Of a stretch of 64,000 nt of DNA, positions 1-9,317 are shown piece by piece; position 1 is the stretch's first letter; every line of letters starts with the position of its first letter. This DNA comes from Candidatus Woesebacteria bacterium RIFCSPHIGHO2_02_FULL_42_20 (GTDB lineage Bacteria; Patescibacteriota; Microgenomatia; UBA8517), in NCBI GenBank assembly GCA_001792535.1, contig MGGS01000002.1:7155-71154 (forward strand), in the 5' to 3' direction. The position numbers and the translations under genes are program-made. The notes under the pieces were generated by a model, which saw only the letters and a program-made list of their open reading frames with translations, was not told the origin of the DNA and did no database searches.

Positions 1-2
1 AA

Positions 3-1631
3 CGGTTAGCCTCACAGTATTATTTGGCGGCTATACTCTTTGTTGCAAATTTTTTGTTTTTTAGTCGTATTCATGAACGCCACTTGTTGCCCTCTCTGGC
101 GTTTGTATCGATTGTCGCAGTCCTGGACTGGAAAATAATGGCTACCTACGTGGTTTTGTCTGCTACTTACGTTTTAAATACACTATATTCCTATACCTGG
201 ATAGTCGACGATTTTAAAAAGATTTTTTCGGATAACCTTATTAAGATATTTATTCTTGGTAACTTGGTATTTTTCGGTGGCCTGCTTGCCCGAAGTTTTA
301 AAAAGAAGGCCGCTCCTTTGCCCAGCATCAGAATACCTGCTATTTTGAAACTGAAGGCTAAAGAAATTAAGTTTAGCGATGTTACTAAAAAGACAACTAC
401 AAAGCTTTTAGTCTTAATTCTTTTGTTGTCGGCAGTCTCGAGAATTTTCTATTTGGATAGCCCGAAGAAGGATTACTTTGACGAAGTCTATCATGCCTTT
501 ACGGCCCGCCAGATGCTGGAGGGAAATAGTTTTGCTTGGGAATGGTGGAACGCTCACCCCGAAGGATTTGCATACGAATGGACACATCCTCCCATGGCAA
601 AGCTCATCATGGCTGCCGGAATGAGTCTGTTTGGGGAAAATCAACTTGGGTGGAGACTTCCCGGAGCCTTATTTGGAGTTATAGCTACGTTATTGGTGTT
701 TTTAGTCACTTTGTCGCTGTTTAAGAATCGAAGCGTCGCTTTGGTTGCCTCGCTTGTTTTTTCACTCGAGGGGTTGCCGCTGACTCTAAGCAGGATAGGA
801 ATGAATGACATTTACTTTCTTACATTTATGTTGCTTTCGATTTATTTATATATAAACGATAACCATTTTGTTTCCAGTTTGTCTTTGGGGATGGCCGCCG
901 CAAGCAAATGGAGTACTTTGTACGCTTTGCCGATTTTTTTAGTGGCCCACTTTGTCTTGAAGAAAAAAATAAAGCCCTCCTATTTGTGGTTTGCGGTTGT
1001 TCCTCCTCTGGTTTATGTGCTGGCCTACTCGCCGCTATTTTTGAGCGCGAAAATCCAAAGAGAGTACGTGGAAAATACAGCTTATAAGAGTCACATAAAT
1101 GAAAAAACCGGTGTGGTTCCGTTTGATATGTTTGTCGATACTCAAAAGCAAATGTGGTGGTATCATACCAGACTTAAAGCAACACACCCTTTTACTTCTC
1201 CCTGGTGGAGTTGGCCAGTGATGAGTCGGCCTGTTTGGGTTTATGGCGGGGAAGTGAAAAACGGCATAGTCAGCAACATTTACATAATGGGAAATCCGAT
1301 TGTTTTTTGGTTTGGTTTAGCCTCGGTGGCAATTTGTGGATATTATGCTTTTTCCGAGCGGAATAAAAAGCTGGGGTTGGTTGTTTTTTCCTATGTAATA
1401 TTTTTTGCGCCGTGGGCTGCAAGTCCGCGAATTATGTTTTTGTATCATTATCTGCCGTCAATTCCGTTTATGGCGATTGCAATCGGTTACGTTCTAAGAC
1501 GAAACCAAAAATATTTAATTCCGATGTTGGCGTTGTTTATTTTGAGCTTCGTTTATTTTTACCCGCGCTTTTCGGGTTTACCGGTTCCTGTTCAATTAAA
1601 CGAATCTTATAGATGGTTTGAAGGATGGTAA
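3..1631 (+). CDS. GT-C / protein O-mannosyltransferase (PMT family), 5'-partial; probable fusion of two GT-C modules
   Basis: Frame is open to the window edge. YFDE...HPPMAK motif, SRIGMND, C-terminal HPFTSPWWSWP and MFLYHYLP (PMT C-terminal region), many TM segments. The N-terminal part has RIHERH, typical of the C-terminus of another GT-C glycosyltransferase. Confidence 0.85.
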   Translation, partial: RLASQYYLAAILFVANFLFFSRIHERHLLPSLAFVSIVAVLDWKIMATYVVLSATYVLNTLYSYTWIVDDFKKIFSDNLIKIFILGNLVFFGGLLARSFKKKAAPLPSIRIPAILKLKAKEIKFSDVTKKTTTKLLVLILLLSAVSRIFYLDSPKKDYFDEVYHAFTARQMLEGNSFAWEWWNAHPEGFAYEWTHPPMAKLIMAAGMSLFGENQLGWRLPGALFGVIATLLVFLVTLSLFKNRSVALVASLVFSLEGLPLTLSRIGMNDIYFLTFMLLSIYLYINDNHFVSSLSLGMAAASKWSTLYALPIFLVAHFVLKKKIKPSYLWFAVVPPLVYVLAYSPLFLSAKIQREYVENTAYKSHINEKTGVVPFDMFVDTQKQMWWYHTRLKATHPFTSPWWSWPVMSRPVWVYGGEVKNGIVSNIYIMGNPIVFWFGLASVAICGYYAFSERNKKLGLVVFSYVIFFAPWAASPRIMFLYHYLPSIPFMAIAIGYVLRRNQKYLIPMLALFILSFVYFYPRFSGLPVPVQLNESYRWFEGW

Positions 1632-1634
1632 AGT

Positions 1635-2105
1635 TTATAACACTAATGCTATTGCGAAGATAAGCAGCAGTCCTCCAAGGCCGATGCCGATTAATGTCGG
1701 TGCAGCTATTCCGGCTTCGGGAAGTTCCGGTTGGGGTGTGGAATCTATCCCTCCGATCGGCGGTTGTGTAGGCGAATTTGTAGGTGTGTTAGTCGGGTTC
1801 GGCGTACTGGTTGCATTAGAGGTCGGCGTTGGAGTTGGCGACGACGTTGGCGTGCTTGTTGGTGTACCTGTCGGCGTTGGGGTGGAAAGCGTGAATGCCA
1901 ACTTGGTACAAGATCCGTATTCACAGGGTGTAGGCTGCGGCGTTTCGCCGAAGGCTTCTGGTTGGCTTGTCGGGGCGGTCGGCGCTACGGGTTCGCCTCT
2001 TAAACTGTAAAGTCTTAATGCCGTAAAGATTGCAACTCCTGCCAAGACGATGGTGGCGACGACGATAGCAAAGGTTAATCCGTTTTTCTTCAAAAAGTCT
2101 TTCAT
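1635..2105 (-). CDS. Thr/Pro-rich surface protein with N-terminal TM and C-terminal LPEAG sortase-type sorting signal
   Basis: N-terminal hydrophobic helix, TP-rich linker, then ELPEAG followed by a hydrophobic C-terminus. Confidence 0.8.
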   Translation of the reverse strand: MKDFLKKNGLTFAIVVATIVLAGVAIFTALRLYSLRGEPVAPTAPTSQPEAFGETPQPTPCEYGSCTKLAFTLSTPTPTGTPTSTPTSSPTPTPTSNATSTPNPTNTPTNSPTQPPIGGIDSTPQPELPEAGIAAPTLIGIGLGGLLLIFAIALVL

Positions 2106-2106
2106 A

Positions 2107-3369
2107 TCACATCCAAATGTCTAATTCATTATGATGGACTTGGGCGTATATTTCAAAACTGTAAACTCCGCTAGGGACTTCGTATATATAATAGAATTCC
2201 TCAGACCCTGGCCTTTTATCGGTCACTTCACCGTCCCAGTCTGTTGAATTAACCCTAAATCTTGCTTTATCCACCAGCCCTTGTGAAGTTGTACCCAAAA
2301 CTGTAAAGTAGATCTTATCCCCGCTTTCAAGGTTTTCCAGGTTGTCGTTGGTCAAGGCTGTCCAATTTGTGGCAACCGTTACACTTCCTGTTACCGAGTA
2401 AGCTTGGACTTGGCTACACCCGACTTCAATACAGGCGTTCGGAGGTGTACTTGTGGGAGTAGGTGTGGGGGTCGGTGTCGGGGTACTTGTTGGGGTACCT
2501 GTCGGCGTGGCGGTCGGTGTGCTGCAGTTTGGCGGGTAGTGTTCACCGGCTATTCTTCCGGTGCCCGTGACGTCGACGTACATCAGGGTAATATCGGGAG
2601 TAAGGTCTCCCTGCCATTCTTGTGTCGTGCTTTCGCCTGGGGTGAGCGAAAATTCTTTTTTAAAGTACGGATCAAACTGTTCGAAAATACCTGAAACGTT
2701 TTGATTGGATGTATTTTTGATGTAGCCCCCGCTACAGTCTACTTTGGTTTCAAGCTCCGGCGGTGCGGGTGTCTCTTTTGGCCCGTAGTTGCCACTGTCA
2801 CTGCAATCTTTTGACCCTATTACCTGCCAACTAAAACCGTCATCGGGGACAGAAACATTGCCCAATGTTGCGGAGTCTCCGGCGTTAAGATTTGGAACGT
2901 CAAGAGTTGCTACCTCTACCGAATTTATATAAATTTTTGCCAGTTGTAGCGGCTCATTGCGGTTTGACTCGTTTTTGACGGTGACTACACCGTCTTGGTT
3001 GACTTCAAAGTTGTATTTATCACAATCCCAGGCGCTTGTGCGAAATTGTGCAGGCTGTCTTACAAGTACCACTCCGGCACCAACCCCAAGCACAAGAAGT
3101 GCTATCCCCAGAATTGTCGCTAAAATTTTTGCTTTTGGCCTACCGTGTTCCGAGGAAGACTGTGTGTTATCAGCGATCACTGTATGGTTGTCATCCGGAG
3201 CAATATTGCCTTCTGCGAGATCAGCTACAGAGAGGGAAGCCGGTCCCGGCTGGTCAGTTGTATCCTGCTGTTGCTGATCGCTCTGTGGCGCGGTCGGCGG
3301 AGGCGTCATGAAACCGGCATTGTCCTGGTTAGTCATTTGATCTGTTGGTGGGGTTGTTTTGGGATCCAT
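2107..3369 (-). CDS. Membrane-anchored Thr/Pro-rich surface protein with Cys-containing beta-rich domains
   Basis: Acidic disordered N-terminus, a single TM (ILATILGIALLVLGVGAGVVLV), paired Cys and a TPTPTP linker. Confidence 0.75.
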   Translation of the reverse strand: MDPKTTPPTDQMTNQDNAGFMTPPPTAPQSDQQQQDTTDQPGPASLSVADLAEGNIAPDDNHTVIADNTQSSSEHGRPKAKILATILGIALLVLGVGAGVVLVRQPAQFRTSAWDCDKYNFEVNQDGVVTVKNESNRNEPLQLAKIYINSVEVATLDVPNLNAGDSATLGNVSVPDDGFSWQVIGSKDCSDSGNYGPKETPAPPELETKVDCSGGYIKNTSNQNVSGIFEQFDPYFKKEFSLTPGESTTQEWQGDLTPDITLMYVDVTGTGRIAGEHYPPNCSTPTATPTGTPTSTPTPTPTPTPTSTPPNACIEVGCSQVQAYSVTGSVTVATNWTALTNDNLENLESGDKIYFTVLGTTSQGLVDKARFRVNSTDWDGEVTDKRPGSEEFYYIYEVPSGVYSFEIYAQVHHNELDIWM

Positions 3370-4415
3370 TAATCTTTTATTTTTCTACCTACATAAACGC
3401 CTACCAAAAATAGGCTTACTCCCATGATAGGTGCGATAAAAACTGGTGTCAAGTCGCGAGATGGACCGTTTGCTTGTACTTGTTGCGTCTTTGATGGTGT
3501 AATTACCGAAAAAGAGCCGCTGCTGTCTTTATCGAGTTTCTCGAACATCGGCTCGGGAGTCGGTGTGCCAGTTGGGGTCGGGGCGACGGTTTCCTCTACC
3601 TGCTCACTTTCTTCAGTCGAAAACCCTGAAGGTTGGAACGTGTTTGCTGAAAGGTTGATCTTTGCTCTGGTTATTTCAGGCGGTGCGACAATTGATTTGT
3701 CTCTAAAGTCTTGAGCTTTTCCGATCACAATAGGCGGGATTGGGTTTATATTGTCGGCATCAACGTTAGCGGAAGCAATTCCTTCTAATCCGGCATGGAC
3801 AAAAATAGTAAGCTCGGGCTGCTCGCTGACCGTAAAGTAAGAAAGCAAATTTTCAGTTCTCGATATTGACAGGGGTACAAACCAGTTACCGCTTTCCGAA
3901 GTGGTTGTTGCAAGCGGACTCAGGTGATCCCCGGTTACAAGTACCAGCGCCTTTGCAACAGGCAGGCCGCTTTCGGTGGTAACCAAGCCCGAAATTATTT
4001 GAGAATGTTTGGGTGGTGGTTGCACCGGTGCCGTTTTAGTCAGCCAAAGATTGCCGGCATTGTCAAACTCTATTCCTCCCGAGATTATTTTAAATGAATA
4101 AGCCGTTTCCGGATGAAGGTTGGTGATGGTAATATAGTGGATCATCTCAAAACTTTGAGGGTTGTTACCTGTTACGTTTTCAAGTTGATTTGCTTTACCC
4201 CAGACTAAAAAATCACTTGTTTTTGTATTAGTAAGCCATGAAACAGTAAATGAGTTTTCGGTTATATTTGTAATCCTGACATCTTGTGGTGTAACTCCTT
4301 CCGGGACTTGCACCGAGTAGTCTCGAAAATAATTTATAAAGTAAAGTGCGCCGATGAAAACTACAAAAATGAGCGGTAGTGCCAAGACTGTAGGTATCTT
4401 GAAAGGTTTCCTCAT
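3369..4415 (-). CDS. Fibronectin type III-like / carboxypeptidase-regulatory-like domain surface protein with N- and C-terminal TM
   Basis: PQDVRITNITENSFTVSW...HYITITNLHPETAYSFKI (FN3-like), ISGLVTTESGLPVAKALV...TSESGNW (prealbumin-like), TPTGTPTP linker. Confidence 0.75.
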   Translation of the reverse strand: MRKPFKIPTVLALPLIFVVFIGALYFINYFRDYSVQVPEGVTPQDVRITNITENSFTVSWLTNTKTSDFLVWGKANQLENVTGNNPQSFEMIHYITITNLHPETAYSFKIISGGIEFDNAGNLWLTKTAPVQPPPKHSQIISGLVTTESGLPVAKALVLVTGDHLSPLATTTSESGNWFVPLSISRTENLLSYFTVSEQPELTIFVHAGLEGIASANVDADNINPIPPIVIGKAQDFRDKSIVAPPEITRAKINLSANTFQPSGFSTEESEQVEETVAPTPTGTPTPEPMFEKLDKDSSGSFSVITPSKTQQVQANGPSRDLTPVFIAPIMGVSLFLVGVYVGRKIKD

Positions 4416-4418
4416 TTG

Positions 4419-4724
4419 TCAAACTTTTGACTCTTCGCTTACTTCTTCAGGTTCAACTGTTGCTGGCGGCGGTGCTTGAATTGGGACTGGCTCTATCTCA
4501 AATTTGTCTATTTCCTCTTCACTTAAATAAACTCTTCCCTGAAGTTTGTCCAATTGGGCCGCGTCCAGAGTGGGGTTAAGTTCTTTAAGAACCTCCGCGG
4601 GTACATCTGGATTTGGTTTGGCTATGACAATTCGTATAACTTCGAATCCGACCCATAAAATTGCCGTAATCAATGTCAAGGCCATAATTGTGACTAGTCC
4701 GGGTACTTTAATTCTTTTTCTCAT
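4419..4724 (-). CDS. Small single-TM protein in the PilP position of the pilNO operon
   Basis: N-terminal TM; ATGA overlap with pilO; position in the operon. Confidence 0.6.
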   Translation of the reverse strand: MRKRIKVPGLVTIMALTLITAILWVGFEVIRIVIAKPNPDVPAEVLKELNPTLDAAQLDKLQGRVYLSEEEIDKFEIEPVPIQAPPPATVEPEEVSEESKV

Positions 4725-5392
4725 TGTTGGGTGTCATCTCCTTCGTAGACGACTCTTCCTTTAATAGACAAAGATATCAAGTTGCCCTCAGCAGTTTCCC
4801 GTAAGCTAAAGTTTGTTTCGTCTAACCAGATAGGGCGTCTTAAACCCTCGACATTTTGAAGGAAGGTTACTAAGTCAGAGTAACTACCGTTGGCGGACAT
4901 GGTTACAGAAAAGCCTTTTGATCCGGCAGGAAGTGGGGCGAGTTCTTCGTTTCTGGATTTTTGTACCGACCCCTCGCTTCCCTTGAGAACTGTGCCTTCT
5001 ATTTTCAGATTTGTTAGCGTGACAGAATATTTGCTGGAAATCGAACTAATTTGCCGTATATAGTCTTCGACCTGTGCATTTTCGGGAACGGCAGTAGACA
5101 AAAGCAAAATCCGGTCCACTTCTTGGTTATAGAGGTCCTGGGCGAGACCTAAGTCCTCAGTTTTTTGTTTTAATGTAGTTAAAATAGTTTGTTTGGAATC
5201 TATGTCCTTTAGTATTTGTGTAATAGTAACAATCGTCGGCTTTAACGCGAAAATAACAAAGAATGTAACAGTTGCAAGAGACATGATTATCTCCAAAAAC
5301 GCTTTTACGTCGTCTCTGTTTTTGTAAACAGCAAAAAGATTCAAAAAGTACCGCTGATACCTTAAATAGTCTTTTCTCCAGCCCACTGCCAT
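4721..5392 (-). CDS. pilO: Type IV pilus assembly protein PilO-like
   Basis: TM plus coiled coil plus VTMSANGSYSDLVTFLQNVEGLRRPI ferredoxin-like signature; GGAGG SD upstream. Confidence 0.8.
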   Translation of the reverse strand: MAVGWRKDYLRYQRYFLNLFAVYKNRDDVKAFLEIIMSLATVTFFVIFALKPTIVTITQILKDIDSKQTILTTLKQKTEDLGLAQDLYNQEVDRILLLSTAVPENAQVEDYIRQISSISSKYSVTLTNLKIEGTVLKGSEGSVQKSRNEELAPLPAGSKGFSVTMSANGSYSDLVTFLQNVEGLRRPIWLDETNFSLRETAEGNLISLSIKGRVVYEGDDTQQ

Positions 5393-5956
5393 TTAGATAG
5401 TTCCTCCTTCATTTAATATTGAACTTATCGAAAATTCAATAAACGGCGACTCGTTTTTAGATGATACTTGGGTAAGTTTTACATCCTTTAGTTTGCCAGC
5501 CGAGTTTAAATTTGAAATTAGCTGGGCAATAGACTGCTCTGTAAAACTTGACCCTTGGATTCGCACTTCACTGTAGGTGAGGGTGATACTTTTAAGAAAA
5601 ACATCAGACGGAAGGTAGGGTGTGATATAGTTTTTTACTAAGTCAAATTGCGCAGGATTTGCGCTAAATTGCGAAAATACCCCGAGTTTTTTCTGTGTTT
5701 GTCTGAAGACTTTTTCAAAATTGCTATACGACTCCACAATTTCTTTTTGATTTTCAACCTCGTCAGTCAAGTCGCTAGAACGGATATCTAGCCAGAATCT
5801 GGATAGAAAGGCAATTATTACTACCATTTCCGTCAAGATGACAATCAATCTGAAAGTAGAGAGCACCCAGGCTAAGACACGGCCTGTGGTTGTCGTAGCA
5901 AATTGTTCTTGGGGCAGCAGATTTATTTCTTTAGTTTTTTTCTTTTGAGCAGCCAT
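5393..5956 (-). CDS. pilN: Type IV pilus assembly protein PilN-like
   Basis: INLLP motif, TM, LPSDVFLKSI...IQGSS...IAQLISNL. Start reassigned to ATG 5956 (MAAQKKK). Confidence 0.8.
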   Translation of the reverse strand: MAAQKKKTKEINLLPQEQFATTTTGRVLAWVLSTFRLIVILTEMVVIIAFLSRFWLDIRSSDLTDEVENQKEIVESYSNFEKVFRQTQKKLGVFSQFSANPAQFDLVKNYITPYLPSDVFLKSITLTYSEVRIQGSSFTEQSIAQLISNLNSAGKLKDVKLTQVSSKNESPFIEFSISSILNEGGTI

Positions 5957-6010
5957 AATAGTATCCAATTTCCAATATAGCACATTAAAAGAGGTGAAAT
6001 AAATGAAGAA

Positions 6011-6286
6011 CTACCTCTTTTTGGGAGATTTGGATTTTTTGGCTGTGGGTCTTTTAGGCAACAACCTTGACAGCAAAGATTTTATATGCGCTGCCTTGTT
6101 TTTGTGGATTATTTTTTTCTTGGCCACACGGTCTACCATGGAAAAAGCTGCAATCAGATCCTTTTCTTTTTTACTTTTTCTGGCAGTTCTAAGCAATACT
6201 TCCAGTTTGGTGATGGACACTTTGTTATTGCTTTCCTTGCGTTTACTTGACCTCAGAGCTCTTTTTGCGGTTTTGGTTACCGGCAT
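6011..6286 (-). CDS. rpsT: 30S ribosomal protein S20
   Basis: MPVTKTAKRALRSS...DRVAKKKIIHKNKAAH. Start reassigned to ATG 6286. Confidence 0.95.
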   Translation of the reverse strand: MPVTKTAKRALRSSKRKESNNKVSITKLEVLLRTARKSKKEKDLIAAFSMVDRVAKKKIIHKNKAAHIKSLLSRLLPKRPTAKKSKSPKKR

Positions 6287-6293
6287 GGCGTAA

Positions 6294-6322
6294 AGTATAA
6301 TTGACAATGTATCATATTTCAA
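6294..6322 (-). promoter_or_regulatory. Sigma70-type promoter of rpsT, overlapping the divergent murJ promoter
   Basis: TTGAAA-17 bp-TATACT-7 nt-ATG on the minus strand; TATCAT (6310-6315) lies 8 nt before the murJ ATG on the plus strand. Confidence 0.7.
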
Positions 6323-6323
6323 C

Positions 6324-8027
6324 ATGGATAAGATAATAAAAAAAGGTAAGCAAATATTTTTCTCTCCGCAATCAAGTGTCATCTCTGCGGCAACGACAAT
6401 AATGCTGATGATAGTTGCTTCGAGAATTTTAGGGCTGGTAAGGCAGCGGGTACTCGCACATTTTTTTGTGCCCGAGGACTTATCGCTTTTTTTTGCTGCA
6501 TTTCGGCTTCCCGACCTGATTTTTGAAGTTCTTGTTTTTGGTACGTTTTCGTCGGCTTTTATTCCCGTTTTCACAAAATCGCTTAAAAAAGGTGAATCGG
6601 AAGCCTGGGACACGGCCGCAAGAGTGGTTAATATTGGTCTGATTATTTTTATACCCCTAGCTCTTATCTTTTCTTTTAAGGCAGATTTGGTTTATTCTTA
6701 TATGGCCCCAGGGTTTACGCTAGAGCAGACTCACACAATTGCCGCTATCGCGCGAGTTTTATTTGCTGCCCAGGCATTTTTTGTGGTTAGCTACGTGCTG
6801 ACGGGTGTTTTGGAATCGCTGAGGATTTTTCTTGTTCCGGCGCTCGCGCCGGTTTTTTATAACTTGGGGATAATTGCCGGAACAGTTGCTTTTTCGAATA
6901 GCCTTGGGCTTATGGCACCTGCTGTTGGTGTTCTTATTGGTGCGGCATTCCACTTTTTGATTCAGTTGCCTGCTTCAATTAAGTTGGGTTTTAGATTTGG
7001 CAGTCAGGTAAAGCCCAACGCTGACGTCAAGAAGATAGGCCGTCTTGCCCTACCAAGAGTTGTCGATTTGTCTTTCCAGCAAATTGCCAAGACGGTCGAG
7101 CTTTACTTTGCTTCGTTGCTGTCTGTGTCGAGTTACACGTATTTTACTTTTGCCAACACTTTACAGCTTTTGCCTGTTGGCCTTTTTGGTACTTCGGTTG
7201 CCAAAGCTGCGCTTCCGACTCTTGCAAGGATGGATAATGACTTGGAGAAATTTAGAAAAACCTTGTTTTCGGTATTCGCACAAATGGTGTTTTTAATTAC
7301 TCCACTTGCGGTTATGCTGATCGTTTTGCGTATCCCTTTTGTCCGTTTGGTCTACGGAACAGATATTTTTGGTTGGGAAGCAACGGTACAGACGGGAATG
7401 GTTTTGTCGGCCTTTGGTGTAGGGATTGTTTTTCAGGCTGCAACGGCTCTTTTTTCGCGTGCATTTTATGCGCTTCACGACACCAAAACTCCCGTTTTTG
7501 TGTCTATCGGTAGCATCTTTATTAACGTCGTTGCAAGTTTTTATTTCATCCGAGTTCTTGGTCTTGATATCTGGTCGCTTGCAGCGGCTTTTTCTCTGTC
7601 CACGACTGTTCAGTCGATTGTGCTTTTTTATATGCTGATTAAGAAGATTAATCACGCAAACACAAGGAGTCTTTTTCTACCCTTATTAAAGGTTTTAACT
7701 TCGGCTTCGGTTTCCGGGTTTGTGATGTATTTTTTGCTTAAGTTTTTTGATCGTTACACCTGGGTTAAACGCCTTTCGTTTTTGGGTAAGCTGGACGCCG
7801 AGCAAATCGCGTTTGAAAAATTTGTTCTTGACACACGCTATACTTTAAATCTGTTATTTCTGACTGTGGGCGTGAGCGTAATTGGCTTAGTGGTCTACGT
7901 TTTTGTGGCATGGTTACTAAGGTCTTACGAACTCAAAATTTTTGTGGGCTTAGTTAAAAGGTTTTTGTCGAAAAGTACCGCTCTGCGGGAGCCAATTACT
8001 GGCCCGGATGCTGATTCAATTTCTTGA
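6324..8027 (+). CDS. murJ: Lipid II flippase MurJ (MviN)
   Basis: SRILGLVRQ, AFRLPD, SSAFIPVF, QLLPVGLFG, RAFYALHDTKTP motifs. Confidence 0.95.
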   Translation: MDKIIKKGKQIFFSPQSSVISAATTIMLMIVASRILGLVRQRVLAHFFVPEDLSLFFAAFRLPDLIFEVLVFGTFSSAFIPVFTKSLKKGESEAWDTAARVVNIGLIIFIPLALIFSFKADLVYSYMAPGFTLEQTHTIAAIARVLFAAQAFFVVSYVLTGVLESLRIFLVPALAPVFYNLGIIAGTVAFSNSLGLMAPAVGVLIGAAFHFLIQLPASIKLGFRFGSQVKPNADVKKIGRLALPRVVDLSFQQIAKTVELYFASLLSVSSYTYFTFANTLQLLPVGLFGTSVAKAALPTLARMDNDLEKFRKTLFSVFAQMVFLITPLAVMLIVLRIPFVRLVYGTDIFGWEATVQTGMVLSAFGVGIVFQAATALFSRAFYALHDTKTPVFVSIGSIFINVVASFYFIRVLGLDIWSLAAAFSLSTTVQSIVLFYMLIKKINHANTRSLFLPLLKVLTSASVSGFVMYFLLKFFDRYTWVKRLSFLGKLDAEQIAFEKFVLDTRYTLNLLFLTVGVSVIGLVVYVFVAWLLRSYELKIFVGLVKRFLSKSTALREPITGPDADSIS

Positions 8028-8047
8028 CACTAAGACTTGACAACTTG

Positions 8048-8074
8048 TTAGCACTCGTGGTATATAAGTGCTAA
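8048..8074 (+). promoter_or_regulatory. CIRCE operator (HrcA binding site)
   Basis: TTAGCACTC-GTGGTATAT-AAGTGCTAA, one mismatch to consensus; TTGACA at 8037-8042; upstream of hrcA. Confidence 0.95.
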
Positions 8075-8096
8075 CCCTTCGACTAATGCTCAGGGT
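8074..8096. repeat. REP-like short imperfect palindrome
   Basis: ACCCTTCGACTAATGCTCAGGGT; shares the CTTCGAC-n-GCTCAG core with 26566-26584. Confidence 0.6.
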
Positions 8097-8112
8097 AAAT
8101 TAATATAATTAT

Positions 8113-8844
8113 ATGAAGGATAATTTGACGGCAAGACAGCTGCAATTACTTAAAGTTATTGTCGACGAGTATATCGAATCGGCCGAGCCCGTCGGGTCCC
8201 AAGTTATTGAAAAGAAATACTCACTTGGAATCTCATCGGCAACTATCAGAAACGAGATGGGCGAGCTGGTCGACAAAGGCTTTTTAAAACAACCTCACAC
8301 GTCAGCCGGTCGGGTTCCCACTCCAAAAGCGATGAAGTTTTATATAAGCCAGCTAATGGAAGAAAAACACCTTAGCTTGACCGACGAAGTTCGTGCAAAA
8401 GAAGAGGTATCTTCTTATAAAGGAAACGTCGACAGGATTATTAATGAGGCTACTCACGGACTGGCACGGAGAACTGGGGCATTGGCCGTTTCGGCACTGG
8501 ATGACGGAAGCACTTGGCACGCTGGCTATGCGAGCCTTTTCGGTAATCCCGGATTTTCGGATATGGCTGTGTGCCGAAGTGTATTCGGGTTAATTGAAGA
8601 AAGTAAAAGAATACACGAACTTTTTTTTGAAAGGCTTGAGTCTGGGTCACCGGTTGAGGTTTTGTTTGGCGAGGAGCTCGGCTGGAGATTTTTTGAACCA
8701 GTCGGGGTGGTCGCGAGGCAATTTACTGCGGGCGGGAAAACCGGTGCGATTGGTGTCATTGGCCCGTTGGGATTTGATTATCCGTATATAATACCTACTG
8801 TCAGATATTTCGGTGATCTTATCGAGGAGCTGTCCCTTCAATGA
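8113..8844 (+). CDS. hrcA: Heat-inducible transcription repressor HrcA (short form)
   Basis: EPVGS, SSATIRNEM, QPHTSAGRVPT, IGVIGP motifs. Confidence 0.95.
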   Translation: MKDNLTARQLQLLKVIVDEYIESAEPVGSQVIEKKYSLGISSATIRNEMGELVDKGFLKQPHTSAGRVPTPKAMKFYISQLMEEKHLSLTDEVRAKEEVSSYKGNVDRIINEATHGLARRTGALAVSALDDGSTWHAGYASLFGNPGFSDMAVCRSVFGLIEESKRIHELFFERLESGSPVEVLFGEELGWRFFEPVGVVARQFTAGGKTGAIGVIGPLGFDYPYIIPTVRYFGDLIEELSLQ

Positions 8845-9317
8845 AGAAAGACAAAAAAAGTAAAGATTCGGTGAGCGAGCTCAAGGGACAGCTGGCAAGG
8901 GCTTTGGCTGATTACGATAATTTAAGGAAAAGGGCCGACGAGGAAAAAGATGCACTTTTCAAGTATTCGAGTCAGCGGATAATAGCCGGGCTTTTGCCGA
9001 TTTTGGATATGCTGGAGGCTGCCCAAAAGCATATTAACGATCAAGGTTTGGCGATAGCGATCAAGGAATTTAAAGATTTACTGAGAGAGGAGGGCGTCGA
9101 AGTCATTCCGGCGGGACAAGGTGAGGCTTTTGACGAAGACACACAAGACGTCATAGAAGTTGTCGAAGGTGGAGAGCACGGAAAGATTAAAGAGGCTGTG
9201 CTGGCTGGTTATCGATTTGCCGACGGCCACGTAATAAGGCATGCTAAAGTGAAAGTATACGGTGGATTGACAGAAAGTAAAAAAGGCGAGAATATGAAAA
9301 AGGAGAATAAGGATTAA
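8841..9317 (+). CDS. grpE: Nucleotide exchange factor GrpE
   Basis: [20 protein letters not shown]...VIRHAKVKV. Confidence 0.95.
   Translation: MKKDKKSKDSVSELKGQLARALADYDNLRKRADEEKDALFKYSSQRIIAGLLPILDMLEAAQKHINDQGLAIAIKEFKDLLREEGVEVIPAGQGEAFDEDTQDVIEVVEGGEHGKIKEAVLAGYRFADGHVIRHAKVKVYGGLTESKKGENMKKENKD

Noticed and set aside
1618-2010. 130-aa plus-strand ORF rich in GV repeats, and similar ORFs at 2404, 2957 and 3424
   Set aside because: Antisense shadows of the Thr/Pro-rich genes.
5987-6293. 96-aa ORF antisense to rpsT, preceded by a good SD (AGAGGTG)
   Set aside because: The translation is the mirror of the Lys-rich S20 sequence; the SD-ATG may be a remnant of a lost gene, but there is no other support.
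6287-6613. N-terminal extension of rpsT in the ORF track; likewise extensions at 25364, 28940, 48659 and 58191
   Set aside because: They overlap promoters or neighbouring genes; family-typical starts lie downstream.
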